From positions 23,560,001 to 23,624,000 of the forward strand of contig JBHGNT010000002.1 of NCBI GenBank assembly GCA_043228905.1: 64,000 bases of DNA, in the 5' to 3' direction. Shown here in pieces: positions 10,694 through 25,200 of the stretch; the first letter of the stretch is position 1, and each line of letters opens with the position of its first letter. The stretch is from Azolla caroliniana. Taxonomy: Eukaryota > Plantae > Polypodiophyta. A model generated the notes under the pieces. It saw only the letters and a list, made by a program, of their open reading frames with translations. It had not been told where the DNA came from and did no database searches. A program made the translations under genes and the position numbers.

Positions 10694-12526
10694 TAAACCA
10701 ATTTTATCAATCCAAGTGTGGGTGCCCAAACATGCCATTTGCCCTAAAGGAACCAAGGTCAACAATGGGTGGCAAAAAGTATCTTGAACCTCACACACTC
10801 TCCAATATAAGGGTTGATCAACATTAATTAGTAGAGGTTCGGTCACCCACACCATCATCATCTCATGTCAAGTTGTTCCAACTTGAACAAAGCCCACACT
10901 CACAAAAATAAGGACGTTACCACGAATGAACAAGCAAGCTCTTGCGACACTTTCAACTTTAAGTACTTTCACCTTAAGACACGAATGATGTAGTTGTGTT
11001 CTTTTTGTTGCCTACCAAGAAATGGTCAAATAAGTTGTAGGACCTTCATTGCCATAAAGTATCTTAAGTGATGGTACCTAGTTTTACCAAATATTTCAAT
11101 TGTGTGGATTGATTGGTTAATAATAACATTATTATTATTATTAGTTTCCCATTTATTTTCTCTTTTCTTTCACAATGACTAATTTTCCCTTTTTTACATT
11201 CATGTTTTATGTCACGACCAATGTGATGTTAGACATGAAAGTCGAATAGGTTATAATAGCTAAGATATTGTATGGTTAGTCTAATGTTAAAAGAATCATC
11301 ACAAGGTAACTTGCATCCATGGACTTGTTGATGGCATGTTTTTCATAGAGAGGTGCAAATTGGCACACATTCATGGCCTACTTTTTGGATATTTGGTGTA
11401 TGTAAAGGGGGTTCTCACCCTAGTTGTCCTCAAGAAGTTCAACTTTAGTTATTGGGTATATTAGATTCTATCTAGATTCTAGTCTCATCTTCCTCTTTAT
11501 TGTTCTTGCTTCTCTTTTTTTGATTTTTTTGCGTTACGGTATCCATGCTTGTTTCGCTCTTTGAACATCGTGCAACAAGCATGATCATGATTATTTAATT
11601 GTTTATTTTTCTCCCTTTTATTATTCTCTGAAGCACCTCTATTTCTCTCTATCGAGTAATTAGACTTTTAACCTTTGACCTCTCCCGTAATTTGTCACAT
11701 AATCTATTTTCTTCCTATGTGTTGTCTATCTCTCCTCTCCTATTTTCTTATTTATGCAACTCCTATCTTTATTGCCTTCTCCTTCTCCTTTGGTTCTTTT
11801 CTCCGTCTTTCTTCTCTATCCCACACTCTCCTACATCTTTTCATGCTCGTGCTTACACCTGCGAAGCATTCACATGACCGTTAAGAGCTACCAACTGTTC
11901 CACAACAAATCATCCTTTTTCCTTTGCCACCATGCATCATCTCTATCTAATTCAAGGACTCCCTTGAGATTATGATTCAAATTCCATGAAGCCTAGCAAA
12001 TTACACAAAGGCTCAATTTTACACACTGGTAGAATCCCACGAAGAGCCCAAATTATACAAAGAAATTCCTCGAAAGGCTTTAAACAAAGCCTCAATTTGC
12101 GTGAAGGATTTCTACAAACCTCAAATCAAGCAAACCCTTTCCACAAAGACCAATTTACACAAAGGTTTTCCACGGGGTGTCATATCTCATGAAAGATTTA
12201 TACAAAGGTCCACTTCCACAAAGGCTTTCTGTGAGGGCTCATTTTCGTGGAAGCTTTCAAGTTCCAATGAGGAAATTACACATGCAAATGCCATAATCAC
12301 ATGATAGCTAACAATTTACATGAAGCCAAAATAAATAAATGAATACACGATATAGACTACAAAGAACACAAATATGTATATTGTAGCAATAATATGCATA
12401 CACAAAATGATATATAAGCAACATCCATAATATTGCTAATATGAAATACTAATGATAAGAATAACGCAACAACACTATTAATATTATACAACAATAACAA
12501 CGTTAAATATATAAATAATAAAAATA

Positions 12527-14641
12527 GGAATGGGCTATTTGCCCCCCCCCCCCAAAAAAAAAAAAAAAACCTTTTTGGCCTCCTAAAAAAAAACTTTTTA
12601 GCCCCCCTATTTTGGCTAAACTTACAACACTTCTTTCCCAATAACACTTACAACAATACCTTGTTGGAACAAATATGCTTGTCAAGTGATTTGGTTGTTG
12701 TAATGAAGTACCAAATAGCTAAAATGAGTTATATTAATGGAAGTCAAATACAACCTTCTTGGTATTACAAAAATAAAAATAAAAATTTGATAGTTCTCAC
12801 CTCAACCAAAATGTTTTTGTGATATATATAAACTATTACACTTTACAACCTCATAAAAAGGTTTATCAACTATTACATAAAAAGGAATCGTCGTCAATAA
12901 CATTCTTAGTATTGTAGGGGCAAATAGCCAAAATGGGGGGGCAAATGCATATCGCAAGTGCGTGCATTGTGACCAGCTTGATCACATTTGGAACATTTGC
13001 GACCGGTAGAGTACTCAAATAGTGACTTCTCCCTTTGGTTGGCCTTTTTGTTCTTCGACCCTGCAGGGCGACCTCGCTTCCTAGTTACCACCACTGGATT
13101 GGAGAGAGACTGCAGTGGTGCTTGACTTGCTTCATCCAATCGTGTCATGAGAACAGCAACCTGGTCATCGTCAGTTTCATACAATCTTTGCTCGATTTTC
13201 CTCATCAAACGCTTTCTAGGAGACAAATATGGCTTAGCTATAGAGGCGTGTTGAACCATTGAACACGCAATCAAGTGCCATTGACAGTGAATATCTTCAA
13301 GATGGAATCTTTCATTTCTTTGGATGCATCTCAAAATGTCATGACAACATGGGACACCAAAACTTGATCGAAACAACCCCGTACATTCATCACCATAATT
13401 GTTGTCAATAACTTTCTTGTACTGCTCCAATAACTTGTCTAATGCGTGTTTGGATATCTTCTTTACTAGCGGCCTCATGAACTCGAGTGCACGTCGATGT
13501 GCCTGTGTAGACTTGTCATACTCCATTTTGGTGTTCAATTCTGTCAGTTGTGTGTCCAGTAGTAAACGGATTTTCTTGAATACAGTGAGCAGATCGTTAT
13601 TAACAATGCCTAAAACCCTCTTGACAACATAATGGTTGCCTTCAATGCGAGAGGTGCTGGTCATTCCAAAGTGAGGGAAGCGACCAGTCCAATAACGTAC
13701 AATCTTGTCTTTGTGAATCAACCAAGTCTCGTATACATACTGCACCAACGCATCGTGACTTGGTCGCCATTTCATTTGAAACGTGGCCCAATTAGCCTCA
13801 AAATCTAGCTCGCTGGAAGAGTATAGAAGCTAGTTCCAGTCGTCCATATAGGCATTTGTGTCGTCAGTGCTTGCAAACTTCGTCGTTGCATAAGCCAGAA
13901 TGTTTTTGTTGACATGCCAGATGCAAAGCAAATTCTTTGTAGAAGGGAACACGATAGCAATTGCACTCATCAATGCAAGTTCTCGATCAGTTACAATTAC
14001 TGATGGTTTTGTCACAAATTCGAATGACTGCAATGCCCAAACATACATGGCTTCTATCTCGTTGCATATGAACGCAAATCCAGCATTGAACGTACTATTT
14101 GTAGCCGTAATTCCAACGATGTTGAGCAATGGCATGCCAAATCTATTCGTTTTGTAGGTGCAATCCATGACAAATACCACATTGAACCATCTGGCAAGAT
14201 CTGCTGACTTTTGATGACAAAAGAAAAGGCCACTGATTGAGCCGTTCGAGTTCACCTTGGAATTGAAGATAAAGTCGCCAGTGGAGATCTCATCGTATAA
14301 CGCTTGAATTGGCGAGCGCCCGTCAAGAAACTCGGCTCTTGCAACCACTTTTTTGTTGTGGATTTCTTTCTTGGTGGTCCATTGATTTCTGGTTTTTTCT
14401 CTCAAGTAGGCCAAAGTTGAAGCTGCACCAGTTCCAGCATTTGCCAGGTCGTGAACAATGGTTTTTTCTGTATCAGTTAGTCTACGAGCCGTTGATATAC
14501 CATCGAGATTGTCAGAAATAGGATGATTGTGTACAATAGCTGCCTTTTTAATAGTCCATTGTCCCGTTTTCTTCGAGAAGTTTGCTCTAATGAAGAATGG
14601 GCAGTCCATTAGGGGGGGGGGGGGGGCAAATAGCCCATTCC
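12527..14641 (-). mobile_element. Mutator-like DNA transposon (MULE), internally deleted
   Basis: TIRs GGAATGGGCTATTTGCCCCCCCCCCCC at both ends; 8-bp TSD TAAAAATA (12519-12526, 14642-14649); carries a transposase. Confidence 0.93.
12906..14609 (-). pseudogene. MULE transposase (DDE core, SWIM-like, AT-hook, zinc knuckle), 5'-truncated with one in-frame stop
   Basis: Motifs MDCTYKTNRFGMPL, VIVTDRELALMSAI, LLCIWHVNKNI, TSRIEGNH, CTGLFRSSFGVPCCH, RKRGRP, CSKCDQAGHNARTC. The two ORFs are in one frame, split by TAG at 13830-13832. Confidence 0.92.
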
Positions 14642-14935
14642 TAAAAATAAAACAAAATCAACTAAATAAATAATTTTATTATTCTTAGTTTGAAAATATA
14701 GATACTCTTCTAGACATACTTCTATTCCCCGCCTTATATACATACAATATCCATATATGGTCTACCATCATTCTCCTTCAGTCTAGGGGTTGGTTCCACG
14801 ATGTATCAACTTCGGTTACAAGATCCCCGAGATGCCTCCATTTATTCGACAATAGATACACTAGACACCAACTCTATGGTGTTTTCCAAGACATCCACAC
14901 AAAACCTATCTTTCTGTCCTCTCCCATGGCATTGG

Positions 14936-15305
14936 TGTTAAAGATTATTTCTAATGTAAGCACAAGACAAGGAAATAGATGATACATAATAAAGATAAAG
15001 AGAGAGAAAGAAGGGCGTCGATCCACCTGACCACCCTCGACTGACGGGATCAAGCCAAGCTTGAGCTTTGAACAATGTCATATACCACCACAGTGGCTTG
15101 GAGTCGTACATGGTACTAGCGCTTGCTTGCCACAAGAATCTGTTCACCACAAGATCATTGTCTCAACGTAGTTGAATAATGTCTCTAATGAGGTTAGGTA
15201 GGCCTGATCTTTATAGCCAAACCTGAGGCCTCTAGGAAAATTCACACTTGGGCCTTATGGGTTGTCTCAATCCCTAGGATTAAAAGCAATCCTCTTTTCT
15301 TTACA
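14936..15305 (-). mobile_element. Possible LTR remnant
   Basis: On the minus strand a purine-rich tract precedes TGTAAGA...TTTAACA, with a TATA-like CTATAAA inside. No TSD found. Confidence 0.35.
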
Positions 15306-16275
15306 CTCTCGATTAACCCTCACTCTTTTTATCCTCACATGTAGAATACTAAGATACAAACTGCCACGAGATAAATTACGGTCATGCGCGTAACAATTGG
15401 CGAGCGTAAATACGCGCATAACAAGCAAGGCTTGATGTCTCCAACTTCGGAGAAGGTGCCCAACAACCCCTAGATAGATGGAGGCCTCACATCAGTGTGT
15501 GAAGGTGGATTACTCATCCTCCATATCATGAATAGGGTAGAGAGCAAAAATATGTGTACGTGTAAAGGGAAGGATTTGGGCATGTCGAAGCCCGAAGAGG
15601 GTAGCTGAGATGGGGGGGGGGGGGGGACCTCGTTTGCAAATGTGTCACGTGGTAGTGTGAGATTGCTCATATTGGGTCACAAAGATCAGGGAAGAGAGGG
15701 CCAGGTAGAGCGACGCTGAGCAGGCAAGCGCGAGGTTTCTTTAGGGACTGTGCTCTACGAGGTTCGGTGTAGGCTCCATGTGAAGAGCATGAGTTACGTA
15801 TGAGTGTAGAGTGGAGCGTGCGATTGGAGGTCCTCTCCAGTTGTCCAACATGCAAATGGTGGTTCTCTCGAGTTGTCCGGGAACCAACCAATGAACCAGC
15901 CAACCCACGAGGATGAGGAGGAGACTTGGGGGGCGATTAATCATCTCCACTTTTGTCTACATTACATTATAATTTATGCACATACGTTTTTATTTGTTCT
16001 TTTACATACATACTTTGTTCACTATTACTACTTCTTCCTCGCCATCGCCATCGCCATCGCCATCGCTATATCCATCTCCTCCTCCTCCTCGTTTTTTTGC
16101 GATGCTCAGACAGATCCAAACAGGATCCTATCCTCCGTAACAGAATTTTCCTTCCCCGTTCGGATTTTCCCTATTTGGACGAAGGATCCTTTTCAACACC
16201 AGTTTTTTTTTTTTTTTCTTCTTCTTCTTCTTCATTCAGACACTCGAAGTGTATCCTTCCCTTCCCCCTTTGGTC

Positions 16276-19200
16276 ATGAACGGCCATGAGTTCAGGTTTT
16301 TCCTTTCTTGCGATATCAATCTTCCTGTTACTCTGCGCATAGAGACTTTGGAAGGTCAGATTCCTCTCACCTCATCTTCTCCAGGTATGTAATACTATGA
16401 TCTTATTCTTCTATCTTCTGGTTTGTTAATTTAGTAGCTTTTTTCTGAACGAAATCCCAAATACTTTTCTTGCTTAATGTGGAGCATTAGAAAAGAAATT
16501 TCAGTCTTTGCTTGTTTAATTTAGTTCCTCGTCCAAACAAATATTAAACTTTTGATTCCTAATTAGCACGATCCCAGTTTTAATCCTGTCCGCACAGAAA
16601 TTGCAATATTTTCTTTTTCAATTAGTAGGTTTTGAAGGAAATTTCATACTTTTCTTGCTTAATTAGTAGCTTTTGAGAGTACATTTAATATTTTCTCCCC
16701 TAATTAGATTATGGAAAGAGAATAGCTTTTCGGTTCTAACTATTAAACCTGAAAGGAAATCTCAATTGACTAGAAATCATTTCTGGAATGGGAATTACAT
16801 TAGATTCTGAAAGAAAATCTCAATAGTATTTTAGCCCAATTAGCTTATGGAAAGGGAATTTCAACATTTTCTTGCCTAACTAGTAGATTCCCAAAAGAAA
16901 CTTGTGTTTTTTTTTTGCATAATTACTTTATTGAAAGAGAGTGTCAATCTTTTCCTACCTGATCAGTAGATTCTGAAAGAAAATCTCGATATTGTTTTCA
17001 CCTAATTAGCTTCTGAATTTTAGCTCTCATAAAATTGTTGTGAAAATACACATGCTTATGCAATTTTTCTTCTTATTATTTTGTTTCCTGTTTGCTTCTG
17101 GTGGGATATCTCAGAAGATGAATCTGGACATATACACGTGCTTGCCATACACAATTTCAAATATTAGAACTTGCTGGTTAGAAATGTTCATAAAGCTCTA
17201 GAAATGTGTAAATTTTCTGCTAAGTTACTGGTATTTCTTCAAAATTTCCTAGCATTTCATGCATGAAAAGTGTTCTCAGTTGAGTAGTAAAGAAAACAGT
17301 AAATAAGTACATGAGATTTTAATATAGTTCGGTATGTTCTGGTTTGTTTCAGATGAGGCAAGCTTAGTTGGACCATGCCCAGAGCTATATGTTGAATGTG
17401 GATTATATATTGATGGAATTCTTTTTGGGTTGCCTACTAGAACAAGGTAATAGATTATTTACCAGAAGCTGTCTAAATACATATTATACTGACTAGCTCC
17501 TAACATTACAGATGAAAGGGAAAACCTCTGAAATACACCTGAGTTCGCTTTATTTCCACAGATGCCCCTGGTAAACTCCCTAAAGAGAGAAACAGGGACA
17601 ATTTTACCATACAATTGCTCAGATAAGACAGATAATTTCTGGATAATGGGTTGCGAAGAGAAGTTGGGGAAATAGCAAAATCATGGTAGTAATTTCGGGA
17701 AATAAAGACAAATGCAGAGTATTTCAGAGTTTTTTTTACTCTTTGCCTTGAGTCACATAATGTTGTAGCTTCATCTGATACTGAACCATGTTCATTATCG
17801 ATTTATGAAGATAGATAGATAGATTCTATTATCATCTTCAGAGGTCAAATATGACCTATGAGACCTCAGAAGAAATAGAGGAGGAGATTGAGATAATCAA
17901 AGACCTATTACAAAACTCAAATGAGAGCCAAATGGTTGACGTTAAATAAATGTGGGAAGTGGAATGGTTTGTTTATAGCTTTTTTCTCTGCCATATATAT
18001 CACATCATACTACATCACAAGGCAGTGAGTGCATCACATTGTGCTTTGCATGTAATTGTTAAGCGTGTCATAGGAACCGACCTTCAGGGAACAAACCGAC
18101 GATTGCATCAGTCAATGTGGGAAATCAATAAGAGTGCATGCAATCTCAAGGCCAAGTGCAAATGAGGAAATGCCATTGACAACACTTGGCGCAAAACTTC
18201 AAGGAAATATATGTGAAGGGCAGGCGAACTGGAATGAAGAGCAGAGCAGTCCCCGTGGGCCACTATTCAGTCACGGCAGCCAGGTGTCAAGGGAGACTAT
18301 ATAAATATGAGTGATGCAAGGAGAAATGGACCGGAAAAAGAGAAGCTGAATTAGTGAGCAACTTAGCCATGATTAGGAAGTTTGTGATGAGCCTATGGCA
18401 TGATGCAAGGGTGCAAGTCCCATTGTATTAAGAGTGCAATCTCTGTTGCATATGGTGAATACCACTTGTTCTTGTGGTATCTGATGTGTCTATAGAGTAA
18501 CTAAGTATTGAATGAGAAAGTGCTGGAGGCATCCCTCTTTAGGGATTCCAACCTTTGTGTAATCAGAAAAAGAGATGATTATATATGAACAACCAGGGGG
18601 CCCAATGTGATCCATAGGACAGACAATTGTTACAAAGCACTGATCCCAGCCATGTAGATATGGGGAGATTTTTAAATGGTAAAACAAAAGGAAAAACTGA
18701 GCTTATTTCCTAATTTCACTGTTTGGATCTTCCACGAGTTTGGTTCTGTGATAGAGTAGACAAGCAAAGTGCATCCTTAGTGTTGTTGGCAATGGTTCTG
18801 TCCTTGCGAGGTGTTCTTGAAAGCTAGTACAGTCTTTTAGGAACCCTTGAAAAACATGCTCGACGCCTCATATGCTGGGCATCCCAAAGTGAAATATTCC
18901 TCTTTCTGGTACATTGATGCAGTGTAGGACACGTTCTTTGTTTTTCTGCTCAATATTCATCCACACCATGTGTTGCCCTTATCTGCGGGATATGCAATCT
19001 TTTTAAGGACCCAACAATGCATTACACTTATCGAACCTCTTCATCACCTGTGGGTACCATGATCTATCTGCATGTTCTGGTGTTTCCTTTTGCTTCAATG
19101 CGTCAAATGCCTTACATTTAATTCTTGGAGGTGGCCTAATACAAATCCGGTCGATGAGGTTTGCTGTCTGGAATACAAATGCTTCTACCAGAATGAGAAC

Positions 19201-22200
19201 GTCTCCAAATTCAGCTGGATGATTTCGTGTGGGGCGAATGCTTTGCTATGTATCATCCGTGACATCATGACTAGTGGATACACTATTTGTGTCCACGTGT
19301 ACATGGGGAGTCCTGGAGCCCATATGGCTGCACAGTACAAGAGGGCAGAGGTGACCCTGGTGTCAAATAATCATACTTTAGTGTGAGGGTCCTGGAAGTT
19401 TGCTTGTGGTATTGTTCTAGCATGACTGTAGCTACATATCCATGACTGAGTTGATCCTTGGTGGCTTGGATCATAGAGATGCACTGATTCATGCTTGTAA
19501 ATTGGCTCATAGATTTACATAGAAATTCACTACTTCAACGTGCCACTCCTGATAGGGTGAGGATGGCTTGTCTGCGAGTCGTTGCAGATATGTGGAAGAT
19601 CATGGCGTTAGCCTTTCCTATGTTTACCGTGGGCCCTTTTTTGTGGAAAAAACCTGTGGGTTTTGTGATCAAGGAGACAGATAGGAGAGAGGAAGAGTGT
19701 GATATTGTCTGGATCTCATTTGAAAGCCTGTTGGAGTATGGCAACGCGATACTGAGGTTGACCAGATTCAGCTTATTACTGTGCCTGTTTTTGCCCATTC
19801 CATTAAAGGGAGCAAACAATCTCTTGTTTATACTGTCCCAAGCACCCGTAAAGTGGTTCATTGAGCAGTAGCTCTTAGCTTTTGCTGCAGCCTGTGGTTT
19901 TGAGAGCTCTTCCATTTGTAAAAGCTTAATTCTCCTTATCGTTTAGTAGTGCCTTCATTTTCTACATTCACAAGTAACTCAACTCCTTCCTTCTGCATTG
20001 AATAACTAGAATACTTGTTACTTATAAAGCTTTAGGCTTTGATTATCATACCTTTAACATTCTGTATTAGCACTAATTACCTAAGAGTTTTGAATTGAAT
20101 TTATAATTTAAGAGGATTTGATAGTTATTTATACTAACATAAGTTCATTATTCCTTTTGCAGACTTGCATCAGCTGAGAAGCCATGCAGGTGGAAGGAGC
20201 TTATCACATTAAGTGCAAAATATCGTGATTTGACAGCAGATGCCCAACTTGCCCTTACAGTGAGTAATTCATGCTTTGGTTAGTATAAAAAATATCAATT
20301 ACAGTATATAAACATTTTATCACAAACTTTAATTTAGTTTATAGGTATGGGATGTTTCTTGTCCAAGGCAAGAAGTTGCTGTTGGAGGAGCTACGTTACA
20401 ACTCTTTAGCAATAAGAAACGACTGAAAACTGGAAAACAAAAGCTTAGATTATGGCGCGGCAGAAGTGCTGATGGGTCATTACCTTCAAGCACACCTGGA
20501 AAGGTTATTTCATAATCTTTGATATTTTTTTTGTTGTACACATCGACTAGAAATTCAAAATGTCAGTTTAAAAAGAAAAATAAGACACTAACAAATACCT
20601 TTGTTGAATCCCTGGGGCTTTAATGTGGTTTATATTGTATTCATGGGCATTTAATGTAGGAATGTCTACTGTAAATGTAGTTGAGAGAGAGTGTTTTGAA
20701 TCACAGGTGCCAAAGCATGAAGGAGGAGAAGTGGAACGATTAGAAAAGCTTCTCAATAAATATGAGAGGGGACAACTTAGACATATTGATTGGTTGGATC
20801 GGCTAGCATTTAAATCCATTGAGAAAATTAAAGAGACAGAGAGCAAGTTGAATGGAGGCACACATCTTCATTTGATTGTTGATTTGCGTACATTTGAACA
20901 TCCGGTGGCGTTCCAGGTATTTGCTTGTGTTTAGCTTTCTGATCAGAAGTTTATAATCATTCCCATGAAATAAGCTAGGTCAATAAAATAACTCCTGAAT
21001 GGGGTTGTGAGGTCAAAAAGAAATAGTTGATTAAATGATATAACAAATTATTTTCTATTTGTTTCAGGAAAAAGGGGGAAATTTACCTGTACAAGTTCCC
21101 ATTCTTGCAGCAAACCAACTAGTACTTATTTGGGATCCAGAGGTTGGGAAACAAAACCCTTCTGAGAATAAACATTTGAAGCTTGCAAGAAGTGTAACAA
21201 GGGGAGTCATAGATCGTGACTTGAAACCAAGCAACTCAGAGAAAAAGTATGCATTGAAGTTCTGAACTTTCTATTAATATTTCTCGTCTTTTGCTTTATA
21301 ATTGCATTTTACAGAAATATTTAATAATTGTGTATATAGAGAAATTGAAAAGATACTCAAGTACCCACCTACCAGAAATCTAAATGGAGAGGAAAGGCAG
21401 CTACTTTGGAAATTTCGATTCTCTCTTATGTCAATGAAAAGGGCACTCACTAAATTTTTACGATCTGTTGACTGGAGTGATGCTCAGGTAGATTTTTTAT
21501 TCATTCCATTGTTAAAGTTTATGACTATTGATATCTATTAATGACTTTTATAGGAAGCAAGGCAAGCTATTGAACTCATGCATAGATGGGCAACTATTGA
21601 TATAGCAGATGCATTGGAACTGCTTTCTCCAGTATTTGAGAGTGAAGAGGTAATCAGAGATTTGTGTTGTGTATTCATATTCTTATTCCAGAGATTTTAC
21701 AAGCTACTCTATTTATTGTTTCATTCATCAGGGTTTATATTTGATTCGTAAGGTGATACAAGTTCACATTTTATTAACCTTAGAATCTATAAAAATGTAG
21801 CCTGCTGATAGTCTTTCTCATTTGAGGGTTTTAATGTATGGTTCTACTTGTTAGAGACATGATAGAAACTCTAACGCAGACTTATTGGGAATTATTATAA
21901 CCTTTCCTCTCCCTCTTGTTGTTTGGATCAATGTTGGAGAAAGCATGAGGATGTATGCTGATTTTGGCCAAATCGTGAACACCTCTCTTCTCCACACCCA
22001 GATAACAAAGAGAAAAGATAAATAATCCTTGTTGTTCTGATCAATGTTGGATAGAACACGAGAAAACCATATATAAGTTGATTTCCTGCTAATTCATATT
22101 GGTCTCTCTTCCTTTCCCAGAACAGCAATGAGAAAACCACATATAAACCTTGCTGTATGGACTGATGTGGGGAGGACATCGGTATATAGGTTGGTTTCTA

Positions 22201-25200
22201 AGAAATGCAGAATGACATCTCTTCTGTATGCACATAAGTGTTTTTTGAATTGACATTGGAGAGAAAATGATAACATGGATTGATTCCTAGAGATTCAAGA
22301 CTTTTTTATAGAACCTCATGCTTCTATAGTTTGGACAATGTTGAAGAGATCATGTGAACATAGGTCCGTTCACAGCTATTCATGATTTTTACATAGGATC
22401 TTATTCTGTTGTCCCATGTACTGTATTCAGTTTCAAACTATAAACTCTGTAATTTATATTGCTTTCTAGCTAACTCATGACCTTTTCACAGTATCTTAGG
22501 CCGTTATCCTCTGTATTGCATTAAATCTTAAATTATAAACTGTTTCTTTTACATTTTTTGCCTATTGTGCAGGTTCGTGCGCATGCAGTGGCAGTGCTTG
22601 AAAGGGCAGAAGATGTGGAGCTGCAGTGCTACCTCTTACAGCTTGTACAAGCCTTGAGATTTGAGCGGTCTGATAAATCTCCACTTGCACATTTTCTTGT
22701 GCATCGTGGTGAGTTATATTAACTGTTGCTGTTTACTCTCTTAGCAAATGCAACCTCAATGTGAAGGCATAAATTTCTTCTTCTATCAAATGAATTAGAT
22801 TTCTAGCATTTTTTGTGAGACTGTATAGAGGGATTAGCATATATGATCTTACTTCTCTTTAATATCATGCCTAGGATTGTCTTCCTGATTGTGTCAAATA
22901 ATAATGGTATGATTTCTTTGGGAACATAATATTTGTTTTGTATGATTTTTCTGATATTTTCTGCAGCTGTTCAGAATGTTGAGCTAGCAAGTTTTCTAAG
23001 GTGGTATGTAACAGTTGAGTTGTATGACCCTGCATATGCCAAACGGTTTTATTCAATTTATGAGCTACTTGAAGATACAGTGAAAAAGGTACAGACTGCG
23101 ATTTGATGATATTGTTTTTATGTAATAGTTTCTATAATGTTCTTAAAAACTTTTTTGACTTATGCTTTTGACTGTTGTGTTTTTGAAGACGAAAATTGAT
23201 GGAAAAGAAGATGGAGGTGAAAAGATGTGGCAGAGTCTTGTACGCCAAAATGAATTGGTTGCACAGTTATGTCGAGTCATGCGAGATATAAAAAACGTCA
23301 AAGGAGGAACTCAAAAAAAAATTGAAAAGCTCAGGCAGTTGCTGTCAGGTCTTCTCAGTGAGCTTACATACTTTGATGAAGTATGTAACTATTTTTATTT
23401 TCATGTTTATGTAAGGAACAATGCCCAAAATATGCGTATGTTTTTCTTTATTGCTCCAAATGCCCTTGTCAACCTGCCTTCCAGCAATTTATGTGCTATT
23501 TGAGCAATTATATGCTCAATTCATTGCCTTCCCCCTTTTGTCAATTACTAGCAGGACATTTGGAGAAATGATGAAAACTTAATGTTGTTTGCTATACAAA
23601 AATTAAGAAGTATTTCAGGAAATAAGGAAAAATGTGGGAGCGTTTTGGAGGTTTTCCCTTTATACAAAGTCTCATAAAGAATGATTCTGAAAACTGATTT
23701 TATTGTCATATTGCAGCCCATTCCATTGCCGCTGGATCCCAAAATAGTTACTACTGGGATCGTTCCGTCAGAATCTTCAATATTTAAGAGTGCCCTACAT
23801 CCCTTGAGACTGACATTTCGTACTGCGGGTGGAGGAAAATGTAAAGTTATATTCAAAAAGGGTGATGATTTGCGCCAAGATCAATTGGTGAGGAAGAATA
23901 ATCAGTAAAGATGATCTGTTTTTACTGGAGGAAAAGTAAAGGTTTAACATAATGAATGGAGTACCAGCTATAGAAAGGAATATAAATATGAGGAATATTG
24001 TGAATAAATCATATCAGAGATTTCAGGCTAACCAAGAAAAATAAGAAAATTCTTGAGCCGTCTCATGAGATATAAGTTTTCTCATATGGTTATTTATATG
24101 ATCTCATGTACAACCAAGGTTAATTAGTTTCATTCCAATGCAGGTGATTCAGTTGGTTTCTTTAATGGATAGGTTACTCAAACTTGAAAATTTAGACTTG
24201 CAGCTTACCCCTTACAGGGTTCTTGCAACAAATCAAGACGAGGGAATGGTTGAATTTATTCCTTCAAAATCATTAGCTCAGGTTTATGAAGCCTATACAA
24301 TGAAGTTTGTTACTTAGGAGAAGATTACAGTGAGCATGAAAAATTCTATTTCTATTTAACTTATGCAAATGTTTTTTAACTATCAGATACTGAGTGATCA
24401 TAGATCAATCATCAGCTACTTGCAACAGCATCATTATGATGAAGGGGGTCCCTATGGAATCAGTGCATCTTGCCTTGATACGTTTGTAAAAAGCTGTGCT
24501 GGATATTGTGTGATCATGTATATTCTTGGTGTTGGTGACAGGTTCTCTGCTTCACTCACTCTTCGTGTGTCATTGCTAAAGTATTTACTCAAATTATATG
24601 TGTGTAAAGTATTTATAAACAGGCATTCTGTTTAGAAAGGTGTGCTGATTTTATGCTTTCAAACTGTTATGAAAGAAACGCATAGGGCAATAATGTGTCA
24701 TAAAAAAAAATAGAATCAGTTATTATTGATTTACTGGGGGCTAACATGATCTGACTCCCCACAGTATTAGAATCTATCGTACTGCAAATGAAGTGCTCAT
24801 AATTACATGCAAAATGAAGCAAATGATTGCGCGTATAAGAAAAGCAAAGATTGGAACCTTAGAGAGTTTTAGAAGAAGAGAGATATAGGTTGGTGGTAGA
24901 GATTGGTAGATATGAGAGTGTACGACCTGAGCGATATGTGCATAGTTATCACATTTAACATATCTGATTTGTGAGTATTTATTCTGCGTCATATAGTTAT
25001 CTGTGTTGCATATTCTTACACTTTGTATCCTATTTTTAGTACCTTGTTTTCTGTAGTGGATAGTTCCAGCATTATATGTATTTTGGGAGAGGATTAGAAT
25101 AATTGTTCCAATGGTTTCCAATGTATCTTTTTAATCACCAGATGCGTTTATGAGTTGCATGATATTGCATCTTGACACAATTGACTTTCACAGTTGTATA

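Noticed and set aside
15873-16289. ORFs overlapping the VPS34 start
   Set aside because: Non-ATG starts running through low-complexity 5' UTR repeats.
17880-18600. Possible LTR in VPS34 intron 2 (purine tract plus TATATAAATA at ~18298)
   Set aside because: No clear TG...CA ends or TSD; not supportable.
19535-19915. Penelope-like element ([12 protein letters not shown]...KP resembles the PLE linker)
   Set aside because: No GIY-YIG motif follows, and neighbouring frames give RTE-type LINE motifs.
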